Positions 50,072-63,636 of a stretch of DNA of 63,758 nt are shown here, piece by piece. The DNA is from Spirogloea muscicola. Lineage: Eukaryota. A model generated the notes under the pieces. The model saw nothing but the letters and a program-made list of their open reading frames with translations, had not been told where the DNA came from and did not search any database. The stretch is taken from positions 656,991-720,748 of the forward strand of contig WELB01000006.1 of NCBI GenBank assembly GCA_009602725.1. The letters are read 5' to 3'. A program made the translations under genes and the position numbers. Within the stretch, counting starts at the first letter, position 1. The number at the start of each line of letters is the position of its first letter.

Positions 50072-53000
50072 TTAGCCAGTGCAGGAGCAACTGTGGCCAT
50101 CAGAACGCCAACCTTCAGCCTTGATTGCAATTCCCAGCTGCGCACGAGGCTGAGGAGGGTCCTGTTCCTCGCACGGGACATCCTTGCTATGATCACTTGG
50201 ACCTACATCCCTGTCTGTCGAAGGTGAAGGCCAGTCTTCCACCTTCCGTGAATCAGGGGACTCGGCCTTGACAAACCCTGGTGAGGTATCATCCAAGCCT
50301 CGTTCAAACAGGAAGAGGCCTCCATCGAGGGAGCTCCGGATGCCTTCCTCATCATGCTCATTGTCTGCAGCAGCAGCTGTGTTGTCACCACTGCCGCCGT
50401 GCCTCACCTGTAGTGCTACAGCCGCCTTGCCCTCCATGATGGTGCCTTCCAACATACTCATAGGCGCAGCGACGCCATTGGTCGAAGGAGCGTGCATGTC
50501 ACTCGTCAGCTTCAGCTGTGAGTGGCCGTTAATCATAGGGATGGCCACAGGCGGCGAGCCCACCACCATCGGCTGGGCGCCAAGGCCAGTCTTCATTGCA
50601 AAGCCTGCCCCGCTGGAATACGAGGGGCTGCCGGTGCTGTCACTGCTCAGCGAAGATGGCTGCAACGGCGGCGCCGCAAAGCGCCTTGGGCTCTGCTGTC
50701 TCTGATATCGTGACGGCATTGAGTGGGATGAGTCAAGCGACGAAGGTGGGGTTCCTTCTGCAGAATCTGCTAGACGGAGGGGCAACGACTCGGGTCAGAA
50801 AGGTAACCCCAGTTTGGGTGACTGGTCACTCTAAGACAACCAACATTGCCTGATCAAGGAGAAGTAAGCGAGCTCAACAGAGCGCTGCAAAGTGGACCTC
50901 AAGATATTCGGCGCACACCTGAGCTGTGGTGATCTTCAGCGAAAACATCGTCCCCACCAAGCAGCCCCATCAGTGAGAGCTGGCCGCTGGCACCGCCAAT
51001 GCCTGCACGGTCCAGCCAATGCTTTTCGTCCTGCACGATGGCTGCCGAAGCAGACTTCTCCCCGTTGCCCTGCCCTTCCTGTCCCCTATCCTTCCGGCCC
51101 CAAGCGACACCTACGGCCGCGTGCCTGCCATGCCGTGCCTGCGACTGAGGGCCCACAAGCGGCGGAGGCCACTGTGAGAGCTTCCCAAGGGTGCCCGAGC
51201 TGGGCACGCCGTGGAGCAGCTGCACACTAAGCGGACCAGACTCGGATCCGGAGCTGCTGCCACTATTTGTCCGCCGCATCTGGAGGTGAGGTGCCGCAGC
51301 CTGCCGGTCTTGGATGACGCTGGCAGGACCGCCATGCAACTCCGACGCCTGGGTGGCGGCGTGCACACGCAAGCCAGGGTCGCCTGGAAGGGCCTCAAGC
51401 ACAGAGTCCCTGCATATGCAAGTGCCGCACGTGAGGTCAACCACATCTCATCATCTCCGAGCAGGACCAAATTGTGGCCAAGAAGAGTGACAAGCCCACC
51501 TCACGCCTTGGCCTGCCGCGAAGGCGTCCATCAGCGGCATGAGGCTGGTGCGTCGAACTTCGATGACCTTCGTAGGAACAGCCTCGACCTTGACCTCGCC
51601 TTCCTCTGCCTCCGCTTGGTCCCACTGCGCGGGCTGGAAAACGTGGAACTCGACCTGCCAAGTACTCGGAGTCACACAGACAGCCTCAGCAGCAAACACA
51701 AAATCTGCGGAACAAGCTGTTCCTCAGATCAAACAGTAGGAAAACAGATACTGGCAAGAAAGGAATAAATGCTGATGTAAAGCAGGTGGTGAAATATCAA
51801 GGAAGTGAAAGACATGAAAGCATACAGCGAGCAGAGAGTGAGAGGTCAAAGCCAAGCCGCACCGACCTGCGGGTTCGCCCACAGTGGAAGGGGCTGGTTC
51901 GCCCCCATCTGCACCTCAGCGTTTGACATGAACCACCTCTGAAGCTCCTCGGTCTTTAAGGGCACCTGGGAGCTTGTCTGCACAAGGCTGTTCTCATCCA
52001 TCCGCTCCTCGCGCTCCATCCATGACGGCCCCCGGCAGACGTCCCAGCGCTCCAGCGGTTCTGCTGCTAGGCGCAGCTCCTGCACTCCGGTCCCATCACT
52101 AGAGCCACCTTCGCCACCCAGGTATGGTCGTAGCAGGTACCTGACAAGGCAAAAGCTAAAAGCTTACATGCTGCCTCATACCTGACAAAAAAAAAGGATG
52201 CGACCTTGGCTGCGATCTAAGAACCTCAGTCGACCCCTGTAGCTTGGTGGGAATGGCTCACCGGACGAGGTAACCAGCGGGCGTGAGCACCCAAAGCTGC
52301 TGCCGCAGGACCGACGCCGTATTCTGGTGCAGCTGATGCTCCTGCGCTGTGCCGCCGCCGTCATGAAAGAGCGAAGCAACTGCACTAGAGAATGTGACCG
52401 CCCGACCGGTGGCAGCCGCCGCCGCCCCCCGCCAGCTCTGGATGCCGCTTCTAATCCTGGTGACAACGGAGAGGGCGATGGGAGGGGGCGGCGGGGGGAG
52501 GTGCTGCTGCGCCAAACGCAGGGGCCCCTGGGGTGCCCACCAAGGCAACGGCTGCACCAAAGGCACGCCGCTGGCAACATTAGCCTCCAGGTGGTCAACC
52601 GCGTGCGTGTTTAGTCCCACAGGCCCTCCGAATGGCGATATTGCGTAGACATGCGTGGTGCCACGTGCTGAACTAACAGCAATCCAGTGGCCATCGCTGC
52701 AGAACGAGATGTCCTGAATAACCTGCACGAAAGATGCAATGACTTGTACTGTCAACTCTGGCTCTGATTGGCGCCACAGCTTCCTAAGGGCTCGCCATGG
52801 CCGACAAAATCGCATTGCTCACAACCTTTAGTTGAGCAGTCTACAAGCACCAAAGCATTTGTGGCAAGCATTCTGTGCTTCAGCTCAGCTTAATCTTTGT
52901 GATGCAAACTGAACATGGGCAGGCACCCTGCTCACCGCATTCGTGAGCCCACGGTAGAGCTTGTAGAGGTGCACGTGGGTGTTGCTCGGGTCGCCCCCCG

Positions 53001-55127
53001 TGCCGACCTGCCATGCAGACAGCGCATGCAGACCATAGTAGCTTGGCCGCTTCATCCATCTCACCTCTGTTTGTTCTCTTCAGGAGGCTAGCATACTTAT
53101 AGGTCCAAGCACCAAGTACCACGCGGTGTATGTAGATGTATGTAGGTGTTGATCATGATGGTATAGTGAAAGGTCTTCAACCAAAGAAAGGCAAGAGAGC
53201 TTAATACCGAGGAGGAGCCACTGCCGAGACCAGTGCTGGTAGCTGCGGGGATGAGGCGGAAGACGTTAAGGTTGTGCCCGCAAACGGACGCAGTCACCAG
53301 CAGCGTGCCGCTCTGGTCAAAGGCGATCGCCGAGAGGGGGCTGGAGTGCGCGCGGAAGTGTGCCACCACTGCCCTCGTTATCACATCCCGCACCATGACC
53401 TGACAAGTGCCAAATGCAGCATGCATCAGCCCTCTCACAACTTAGGCCTCTGTCATTCTCTATCCGCAAGTGCCGCGGCTTGCTTCGCTTCAGCAAGGGC
53501 GTTCAGCAGCTTGCATGATGGATCAGGCAGGCTAGTATACAGATGCACTATCTGCTGTGACTCTTTGGTACGTAAGAGGGCTCACAGTGCCAGCAAACTC
53601 TGGCTCCCCAAGCAGCAAGGATGCCCATGCAGGGGCCCTTGCTGAGCCGCCCTTGGGGCTCGGCGTGCTCCCTGCCGCAGTGCTGCTTTTGGGGGCAACA
53701 TCGGCTGAGAGCTCGGCATAGTAGCGAGAGATGGTTTTGTAGCCCATGTTAACAATCCCCGCCGCCAAATGCTTGCCAGACTCCTTGGCGTAGCGCGCCA
53801 TCAGGGCCGCCCCGCCGGTGCCGGCCGGCGAAGTGGACGGGCTCGCACCCGGTGATGGAGATAGGTGCTGCGGAGACGCCCGCCCGGTGGGCGCCACCAT
53901 TGGCTGATTTGCAGCGTAGGCCAGCCAGCGTGACCCCAGGGCCATGGCCGCACTGGCTGGTGCAGTGATGCCCTGCCCTGGCTGTGCCACTGGGAATGTC
54001 AGCACGCTGAAAGTGTTCTGGAGTGTCGCAGCGTCGAAGCAGTAGATCTGCCAAAATCAGATTCGCAGCAAAGAGTCTTGTCATTCACTGCGCCCTGAGC
54101 GAAGAGGGGCAAGAACCACTGACTGCGACAACAACAATCAGTCCTGCCACAGCTTGAAGGCACAGGACCTGAGAAGCGAGGGCGACGGCGACGAGGCATC
54201 GGCTGCACCGCACTGCCAGTACGTGTGTGCGGAACCGCAGCACGGTGACATAGGTATGCGTCTTGAGGGAGTAGAAGCGAACGGCCGTGGCCGTGGTATC
54301 CATGCCAGAGTAGCCCGTGCTGGCACCGCTGCCAGCTGGTTGCGTGCCTCCATCCCATACTGTGGCGGCATAGGCCCCCGGCCCGCCCCCATTGCCAGTG
54401 TTGTCGGCGCCCACAACCGCGAGGAGGGGCCGCGCGTCCCTGAGGGGCCCGTCGGCGGGCTCCGGCACGAGAGGCGGCGGCAGCAGGCGCAGGCAGGTGG
54501 CGAAGCCGTCGCGGCGAGACACGAGCTCCCGCACGTTGTCAGCGTTCTCTACGTCCCAGACCTGGAAGCCGCTGCTGTACGTGAGGAGGAGCACCTGGCG
54601 CCTCTGGCCGCCGAGCTCCAGGACGTCAAAGCCCGCCCAATGCACCTGCCAGTGACAAGGTACAGCATTGCCGCAGCTCCAAGTCAAGATGGAGTCCAAG
54701 AGCCCCGAGCTCCACGAGTGGGCCCCGCAGTGCGACCTATACTCCTCATCCTCGACTCTGCGACAGCAGGACCTTCAGGATCCGGCGGCAGTCTGGCAAG
54801 CATCCTCGCCGTGGACTCATGCAGCTCCAAGACCTCCGGGGCTTGCAACGACACAGCTGCGACCGCAGCCAGCACCACGAGGGGCTGCCACGGCAAGAAG
54901 CGCAGGAATGGCTTGAAAGACACCTGCTCCTTGCGCCTCTCGTCCTCGGCCACGGTGATGCCGCCGGCGACGGCGGCAGCGCCAGCAGAGCGCACGTTGG
55001 AGGCGAGCACGCCGGCGTTGCTGGACACGGAGCGCCAGTAGGTGGAGATCATGCGCAGCGAGGAGGGGAGGAAGCTGCCCCGCCCGAGCCCGTCGCCGGC
55101 CCCCGGCAGGGCCGCCTCCTTCCTCAT
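50072..55127 (-). CDS. ATG18: ATG18f/g/h-type (BCAS3-like) WD40 autophagy protein, multi-exon; 3' end approximate
   Basis: SSLRMISTY.R.VSSNA, EQVHWAGFD.LE, GFQVWDVE.A.NVRELVSRRDG, VRFYSL, AMALGSRWLAYA, ARYAKESGKHLAAG, HFRAHSSPLSAIAFD.SGTLLVTASVCGHN.NVF, LYKLYRGLTNA, QDISFCSDG.WIAVSS.RGTTH, WFMSNAEVQ..PLWA. Confidence 0.9.
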
Positions 55128-55552
55128 GCCGGCGGCCGCGCCGCTCTCGCTCCTTGCTTGCGCGCCAGCCGTTCCAGCGCCACGGCCGAGCGTCACGGCC
55201 CGCCGCGGCCCGGCCTCGGGCCCGGCNCGCCGAGCCGCAGCGAGCGTCACAGAGCCCGGTCCGCGAGGCTTGCGCCACGGCGGCGGCGGCGGCGGCGGCG
55301 GCGCCGGCGACGGCGGCGGGAAAGCCGGCGGGCTTTGCGGAGGCCGTGGCGCGCACGGCGGCTGCCGTCACAGTCGCCACGGCAGTGGCGGGTCTCTGGT
55401 TCGGATTAGGCCAACTAGCGGAGTGAGCGGGCGCCTTCCAAGGTAGAAGCCGGGGTAGGGGGGAACCGAAGGATACGAGCGACCGCCGGTTCGGTGCCGG
55501 CCGGACACATCCGAGCGGGCGCCAGATCGGCCTCTGCCCGCCACCACAGCCC

Positions 55553-55572
55553 GGGTTTAGGGTTTAGCCTGA
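55553..55572 (+). repeat. Telomere-like repeat / telo-box (GGGTTTAGGGTTTAG) at the edge of retroelement cluster 3, upstream of ATG18
   Basis: Two perfect plant telomere units. Confidence 0.7.
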
Positions 55573-55669
55573 ACGGCGGAGATGGCGGAAGTGGCATAAG
55601 GAGAGAGACGAGGCGCGCCTCGGCGGTGCGCATGCATCGACAAGGAACAGCTCGTCCAAATTACGGCAA

Positions 55670-58600
55670 TGGCTGTGAGAGTGACCCCAAAGGAATGTAA
55701 AAGTGGAAAGACTCTTCCAGTAGAGGGCGATGGCTGTGATTGACCAGCCCAGTGGAAAGGATGAAGAACGTACAAGGTCAAGGAGGTCGACAAGGAGTCC
55801 GAGTCCAGCCCAGTCCGAGACAATACGCTCTTCATGCAAAATGGCAAAGGCTCTTGCAAGGTAAGGCGATGGCTGTGAGAGAAGGGCGCGGTGCGGCACG
55901 AAATGGAAGGGGGGCCAAGCCGAGCCAGTACACAGTCGTGGTAAGAAGAAAGGAAAAAAGATTGTGTAAGAGGAGCAGCTCGTTGAAAGGGGCGAGGGCT
56001 GTAAAAGGCCAGCCCAGAAGAATGGACAAGGGAAAACTTCTGGGGCTTAAGAAGCGAAGCCCTAGGAGAATTAAGAAGGCGCGCGGAGCGCATGAAATAA
56101 AAGGGAGGCCAATTGAAGTCAATACATTGTTCAGGCAGACTCCAGTGCAGGAAAAGCAAGGCTATGTAAAGCGGAGCCCTATGCTGAGGTGCCTAAGGTA
56201 ACAGGGTCACATTAGTACCCATGGGTGAGCACATGCAAATCCGACAAGCTAACTTGGGGAGCCGGAGCGCCGCCACGGAAGCCGGTGGCCTGACTTAGTG
56301 CGCGCCCTGCACGCGGATGAAGAGCCAGAGCTTGCGAGCGCTGCAAACAACGCGAAAAAAACAACGCGAAAGCAGCATTCAAGGAAGCCCTAGGAAGGGG
56401 AAGGGAGGAGGTGAGAAGCTGTTACCGCTGTGGTAAGACGAGCCACTTGCTCGAGACGCACTTTGGCGAGCCGGGGCCGGCAATGCGGGGCCCTCCTGCC
56501 CCGCATTGCGAGCCATGAGCCACCTCAAAGCTTTGCTCAAGGAGGTTGGACGTGGGCTCTCTCGTCTCCACTCCAGCTCTCCGGGGGCGTCGGAGTGGCT
56601 CGACGCTTTGCTTGAACTGTGTATTGGCTTGAATTGGCCTCCCTTTTCATTTTCATGCGCCCCGCGCGCCTTTCTCTTCTCTTTGCCGATTTTTGAAACC
56701 CTCCGGCTCTCCGACGACCTCTTCCGGACGGCTGTCCACCACCATGTCGGCGTCCCTCCACTTTGTTCGGCTGGCATTTGACAGTGTGAATGTGGCCATC
56801 GTTCGGAGGATGAGATATCTTTGGCAGCCCACATGCTTCGATGTTTTGAGGGAAGTGCACGTAATGCCTCCCACAATCTTCTCAGAGACGCTATGCATGG
56901 CTTGGTGCTCGAGGCAGGTTATCATGCGGCCATGGAGGTGCCGGGCATCATGTCGGTGCTCCAGAAGCGTGGCTGGCCTTACGTCAGGCGTCTGGATGTG
57001 GTGGCCACCCCCTGGAGTGGTGGGCCTCGTCTTCTCCTCGACGTCGTTCTCATCGACGCATTCAACCAGGGGCACCGACGCCGACTGTGCCAGATTGGGC
57101 GACACATCATGCAGAGAGGAAGAAGGAGAGGCAGTACAATGACCACCCCCGGGGCGACCACTTCTTCCCATGCGCCATGGACATCTACGGCGGCTACGGA
57201 ACAAAGTGGTCTTCCCTCCTCCATCGCCTGGCACTGCATGTCGATGCCCGCCGACGTAGTCGGGCGGGTAGCTTGGGGCATTCTAGCGTCCCGCAAGCCA
57301 TTGTTGCATGCTATAGAATGCGACTATCATTGAGTCTACAGCGCTCCCAGGCACTCGCGATACACTAGCGTGCTGGTCGTGCATTAGCTCTGGCTAATGG
57401 CTTCCGTGGTGGTGGGTTGGCGCCTCAGTATAGCTTGCCAGGTATGCATGTGCTCACTCGGGGATATGCAGTGTCCCCCTTAGCCAGCTCATGACCCAGT
57501 TAAGAGGACATTTGTAAGGCTAGAATTGGCCTCCCTTTCAATTTCATGCGCACCGCGCGCCTTCTCTCCTGCAAGACAGGTCTCTCTTCCAAAGGGGGCG
57601 AGGGGTGCGCAGAAGGTGCAGCGCACAGAGGTATGACAAGGTCCAGTAGAGACGGAAAATCCTTAGCACGCAGGTGAGGAAGCACTGAGGATGGCCGCTC
57701 AGCAGCCGCATGTTAGCAGTATCAGCAGAGCGGCGGGGCTGGCCTTCATGAGCCCGTGATGGAAGCACAAAATGAACAGAGGGAGAGGGACTGGTCGGAC
57801 GCCTCCTACTTCGGTTCCCGGGTAAGGAGTCGACTCTGTCGGATATGATTTGCCTAACATGCGACTGATGTCAATGAAACCTGTGGGGCTCACCGCGGGC
57901 TCACTGGCTCTGGTGTATTGCATGTCTCTCTCCACTTCGCTGCATCGATCTCAGGCGTTTGCCTTGCATCTGTTTGCTGGTCTTTAGCTGCCGCCTCATG
58001 GAATTCTTCCCTGAATTCATTTGTGGGCTGGCATTTCACAGCCATTGTCCACTTCGGGAGAAAACAGCTCAGTTCACGGCAGTGGCTGTGAGAGGCCAGC
58101 CCAAAAAAGTGTACAAGGTCGAAAGGGCCGCATGGCGCAAAAAGCAGGATACTAGTCTCCAGGAGAGCTTACTTCTTTCGGAAGCGCTGCTACTCTCTCC
58201 CTGCTGCTTCTCAACTCTTTTTCTTCTCTTCTCCTCACTTCTGACTTGCGGCTAATGAGTAATGAGTAGGGGTCACTGAGTGGGAATCCATGGTAACCAC
58301 TCGTCGTGTTGCCTGGGCTGGCCTTCCGGGTCGACTTGGTGGCGTCCACGCCGGGAGGCGCATCATTGCTGATGTGGTCACCACTGATGTGGTCGACCGC
58401 TCCAATCCGGGGATCTCTGCCTCGCGGGCTGGCTACGCTGCGGCGCAAGCCGCTCGCTGCAAGGCGGCCAAACACGCTGATCGCCCGGCTGGGGACGAGT
58501 TCGTACCCCTGGCCGTGGATGTGCACGGGGCTCTCGGTTCCCAGTGGCTCGACCTGCTGGCCAGGCTTGCGCGACGCGCTGTGTCCGGCAGGCGAGGTGA

Positions 58601-59435
58601 GCAGGCTGACTTCAACGCTGCTCGCTCGTTTGCCCAAGTCTATCGCAGGCGACTAGCCGTATCCCTCCAGCGGTCCATGAGCCACGCTTTGCACCTGCGT
58701 GCTGGCCTTGCTGTTGCTGCTGCCTCTGGCTTTTGTCAGGGGGATTGTTTTACGCCAGCTAGTCTGTCGGATGAGGCTGCTCACTTGTCGTTAACAAGTG
58801 ATTCATCCTTCGTTACTTCAGAGCTAGCGCCTCTGGCCCCTTCGTAACTTGGCCCTTTCGAATCTTGTCAGTTTTCTCGGGCTGGCTTCTCACAACCCTT
58901 TCCCCCACTTGGAGAGCCACTTCTTGGATGGGGCGCGAGATATCAGAAGAAAGGTCTCGCCCATTGAGGATAGGGGCTGGAAAAGCCAGCCCAAAAAAGA
59001 AGGAACAAAGTACGAGAAGGGGGCCAGGGGAAGCGCTAAGAAAAACAAGCACAATAAGAAACAAAGCAGCTACGTATCACTCAGTAACCCCTGCTAAGCA
59101 GCCTCAGGTCAGAGAAGCTAGGCTCCTGGAGATATCGCCTGCGTGGGAAAGGCGCATCCAGGAGAGGGCGGTGGTGGGAGGGGAGCCCGCAGCGCTTCCC
59201 CCGCGCGCCGCGAACAGCCCGGGCCAGCCCGAGCAGCATCGTCGCGGCGTCCCCCGCCTTGTTCTAGGCCGCTTTGGCGGCCGCTTCCCCCGCTTCGAGA
59301 AGAAAGGAGCCCGGGCTTTCCACGACGGCTGTGAAGACGCCAGCCCATAGTGGCGAAGCATGTTGAGAGGAGAGGCCCATCCAGAGCCACATCTACCCCC
59401 CCTTTTCAGCACCCCCGCGCGCCTTTCCCTTTCTC
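55670..59435. mobile_element. Cluster 3 of nested RLE retroelement fragments
   Basis: Minus ORF end ~56212-56345 (LSDLHVLTHGY*); long + remnant ~56540-57470 (CECG..HMLRC..HNLLRD..RRLDVV); + remnant 58320-58925; minus remnant 58945-59130; many hairpin UTR copies; 6-bp TSD 56606-56611/56681-56686. Confidence 0.85.
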
Positions 59436-59527
59436 TGCTCGTCAGTAGCTCTCACTCCCTTCTACCCGACGTTCAGGAGTGTGGACAGGCCACGAGACGG
59501 CCCCAGCAGCGCGCGCTGCTTAGCGCC

Positions 59528-60989
59528 ATGGCCGCCGCCGCCCCCGCCGTGGCCGCNCCAGGAGACCATCAGAAGCTGCGCATGCATGCACAGATGTCCC
59601 ACCACAGCTCGCAGCAGCATGGCCTCAGAAGGCCAGTCACACAGCAGGCTCTCGCCTTCTTCTTCAGCGCCCGTATGCGCTTGGCGCCGTCGTCTTTGGG
59701 GTCAGCCCCCTCGGCGGCGCCGGCGCCGGCGGCGGCCGCGGGCCCCGGCCTGCTCGCGCGGACCTCAGCGGCATCGTGAACAGCGGCAACGTCAAAGAGG
59801 TCTTCAGCGGTGAGCGCCTCGGGGCGCTTGCGCTGCCATCTCGTTTTCGCCAGCGCCCCAATGTCGAGTCGCACGGCGCAGTGTGGCCGCGTGCCGAGCT
59901 GACGTTAGGACGCGCGGGGCCGTGGCTTGCGCCAGGCGACGAGTTCCGCGGCGAGCTGGAGAAGGCCGGCGACCGGCTGGTGCGCCACCACCCTCACCAC
60001 GTTGCCGCACTGAGCCACATCTGGAGCCTCGGGCAGAATCCTGCACTGCACAAAATCGCAGCAGCTCGCGGCCGCAATCTGCTGCGGCATGCGCGGCTTG
60101 CATGCCGCGAGCCCTCCATTGCGGAGTCGCCTGCGAATGCAGATTGCACAGTCGAGTGCAGTTGGAGGGACTGCTGCTGCCGGCAGCCCTTGTAGTGTGG
60201 GCCCTTCTGGAGTGTGCTGACTCGCAGGCCCTGCCATCATGCCCGCCTGCGCGGCAGGTCGTGCTGGACGTCTCTACAAAGACCTGCGGCCCTTGCCGGC
60301 TGATCTTCCCAAAGCTCGTGAAGCTGAGCCTGGACTACCCGGAGGCCGTCTTCCTCAAGGTCAACGGCGACCACAGCACCGAGACCAGGGTAAAGCTCTC
60401 CCTCTTCCTGGACCTCCACTCTTCTCCCAAAAACGTGCGGCCCCAATGTGTGCAGGTCTCGCCAATTGCTGTCGACTGCAGCAGGACATTCGCCGCATGC
60501 GGCGCTTTAGTTTTGTGCTCTCACTTACCTGCTGAAGCCAGTGCTTTTGTTGTCCACACTCTCGTATGATTGCACCTGTCACCAACTTGAAGTTGCAGCT
60601 TGAGTTGTTTGTTCGATACAGTGGGCCGCAAGTTGTGTTCTGCAACATGACCTGCATTCATATGCAAAAGATGTCACAGGAGTTGGCCGCATTAAAAGCG
60701 CTGCGTTGCTGAAGGGCAGCTTTCGTTTGTGCACAATGCTTGCAGCAGCAATTTGACTTCTTCTACGCCGCAATCTGCTCTAGAGCCACAGCAGGGACTG
60801 ATGCCATATCTCTGGTGCTCGGGTGCACCTTTGCAGGCATTGATGCGGGAGTGGAATGTCCGATCGGTGCCCATGTTCCGCTTCTATCGGAATGGGGAGG
60901 TCATCCACTCGCACACTGGGGCCAAGGAGGACGTGCTCAAGTCCAACTTCCTTAGACACTACGAGGCCGCCCCCTCCATTGCTGCGTAG
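59528..60989 (+). CDS. Plastid-type single-domain thioredoxin (Trx-f/CDSP32-related), active site TCGPC
   Basis: Ala/Arg-rich transit-like N-terminus; VKEVFSGDEFRGELEKAGDRL|VVLDVSTKTCGPCRLIFPKLVKLS..VFLKVNGD..|ALMREWNVRSVPMFRFYRNGE. Confidence 0.85.
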
Positions 60990-61294
60990 GCTGATGAGAG
61001 TTTCTGAGTCACCATTTGCCGACTTGCCATGACCGCCTTGCATGTGATATACATGAATCAATGCTTGTCCGTTCGGCGCAGTACTTGCTGAAACCATAGA
61101 TGGTATTTGCTGGTCTGTGTGATACTCAATAAAGCCCTACAGTCTGTCAGATGCTCTGCTTGACCGTTGGCCTAAATGATGCGGCAGGCGCGATTTAATG
61201 CAAGCGGTTGACATAGGTGGAGAAGAACATTGTCACGAATGAAAGAATTTGTGGGAAATGATTTGTTGCTGGCAAGCTGGCCAGCAGTGGCCTC

Positions 61295-63636
61295 CTAAAT
61301 TTCTGGAGCTACTTCTGTAACCAACAGTCTCGCACCCTCGCCTTCGTTATCAATATCTGGCACTCTCTGCATCTGAAAGGCAACCAGCTCGGCTTCAGGC
61401 GGCGGCGAGTCAGTGACATCATCTTCCAGATGCCATGTTGGCTCCCTTCTCTTGACTATATCCTGACCATACTCAGCCATCTGAATGGCTCTCTCGCTGT
61501 CCTCTATCCAAGCCTCTATGCGGGCCCTCCCTCGGTCAGCCGGGTAAGTCCAGTACAGGCCGGTCACGACTACGGCGCATATCACTGAGGAAATGCCAAA
61601 TGGTAGGAAGATGCTCTTAGCGAGCGCCTGGCTGCTGCTGCCGCCAAAATTATTGGGTGGCAAGGGCAAAGGGCTGGGCGACAAATCTGAGGCTGGATCG
61701 GTGAGTCCTATGCTTTGGCTGGAGCCAGGGCGCCACCCATTTGCAGCAAGAGAGCTCATTGCGAGTGCAACAAGGGCTGCTGTGATCTTGCCAACTGCCG
61801 CATACAAAGCAAAGAGGGACGTTCGTAGGGGCCGGCTGACCACCTGGGCACAGGCACAGCCACTATCATTTCCAGAAAAGTACACTTCTGCTCTGCTGAC
61901 ATTCTGTTGCACCTCAGGCTGATCAGCTTATCCAGATAGCTAAGAGGATCTATCCTTCACAAAGTTCAGGGCAATTGACTGCAATGATTTGATTGCAACA
62001 TTATAAACAGTGAGACAGACCTCAGAGAGGACAGGCCACCGACATGCCGGCGTGGCCCAAGCGATAACAAAGCCCATCAAAAAAAGGGCCAACCCATATG
62101 GCCCATTGGACGCCGTCACGGCAGGCAGGCCGTGGAGTAGAGCGGCAGCGAGGGGAATGGCCATGGTTATGCTGACTTGGGTGCACAGGATGCGGCCGAT
62201 GCTTGGGTAGCGAAAGGCAGCCAGGTCGCCTGCCCAGCCCCCAGCAACAGACCCGCAGGTCCTCCCAAGATACATCATGATGACCTGGTGGACATTGTGC
62301 AGCAATTGACAGTGGTCTAGCAGTCAGTGGCGTTCCGGCGCCTCACCATGCATAACTAATAGCATCACTCAGATCTTGGAAGTCCAGCTTTGGCTTACCT
62401 GCCAGGCGACTGTGCTAGGCGCAAAGCCAGAGAGAGACAGCCACGGGCCAAGGAGCCACGTGGCGTGCCACGAGAACTGGCCCACGACCTCCTCGGCGAC
62501 GATGAGCTGTACAGTCCTAACCAGGAGCGTAGAGCGCAGGCCCGCCGCGACTTCCGCCACGTCCTCATGGGCCTGTTCAAGAAACGTGCGGGCTGGCAGC
62601 GTCCAGCTGCAGAGCTCAAAGCAGCGGAGGGCTCATAGTGAGAACCACGTATTACGTCAAATATACCAAGCAAGAACACAGCTCCTCATCAGGACCCTTG
62701 TCCACTCTCATGTACACCCTCCAGAATCACTTTACAAATGCTGCGGCACTCGTAAGAGGCAGAGCGGTGCGTGGGAACACCGCACTGTGTTGTCCTCGTT
62801 GTGCATAACATCTGAGTGCATAACACTAGAAATGTTTGCTAACTTCTTGCACGACCCCTTCATCTCCGAAAGGGAAATGTAAAGCAAACCCGTCAATATG
62901 TTGTGGGCATGTGACTCAACGTCTGTGCTGCACTGACATCGGTCTGGAGCGCCGCCCAGGAGGGAGCACGGGATCACGACCGAATTGGAATAGTGCACAC
63001 GAATGCAGGGCTCCGGTGGCAGCTACGGCGAGGAAGGCCAGCCGGTGAGGTGAGGCGGTGAAGCTGCGCGCGGGACTTTCGGCGGCCGCTGTGGATGAGG
63101 CGGCAAAAGCTACGGCTGCACCTGCCTGGCCGGCGGCCTGCAGCCAGCCGAAGGCCACGCCGCGGCGCTCCTCGGGATAGCTGTCGGCGACGATGGACTG
63201 GGCGACCGGCAGCGAGACCGCGAGGCTGGCGCTGGCGGCGGCCCTGGCCAGCGCGAGCTGCCGCGCGGGCGTGGGTGCCGAGGAGGCGCGCTGTCAGGCT
63301 GGCAGCTCGGCAAGGACTTCGCCCGGTCGCCCGGAAGCTCTGCTGATGCGACGTTGTTCCCCTTGGATCAGCCCGCTCCAAGACGACCGAGCACCAGTTG
63401 CAGCATGCCTACGCCATAAACCTGAAGCCAGAAGCCTTCACCCCGAGTGACCCACAACCCCTGAGCTCTGCCTCGAGCCCCAGAGCGGCCTGCCCGCCCC
63501 GACCTGCCAGTGGGCGGAGGCCGCAGCGGTGGCGAGCGCGGCGGCGGCCGCCAGCAGACCGGCGGCGCCGGCGACCAGCGTGCGGTCCAGCGAGAGGGCG
63601 AGCAGCGGCGCCAGCGGAGCCGCCAGCGCCTGCGCG
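61295..63636 (-). CDS. Major facilitator superfamily transporter (5' part beyond window/poly-A filler)
   Basis: Hydrophobic exons: QALAAPLA..LDR..VAG, RRGVAFGWLQAAGQAG, VRTVQLIVAEEVVGQFSW, GGWAGDLAA.RYP..GRILCTQ, EVVSRPLRTSLFA, ALAKSIF, YWTYPADR. Confidence 0.8.
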
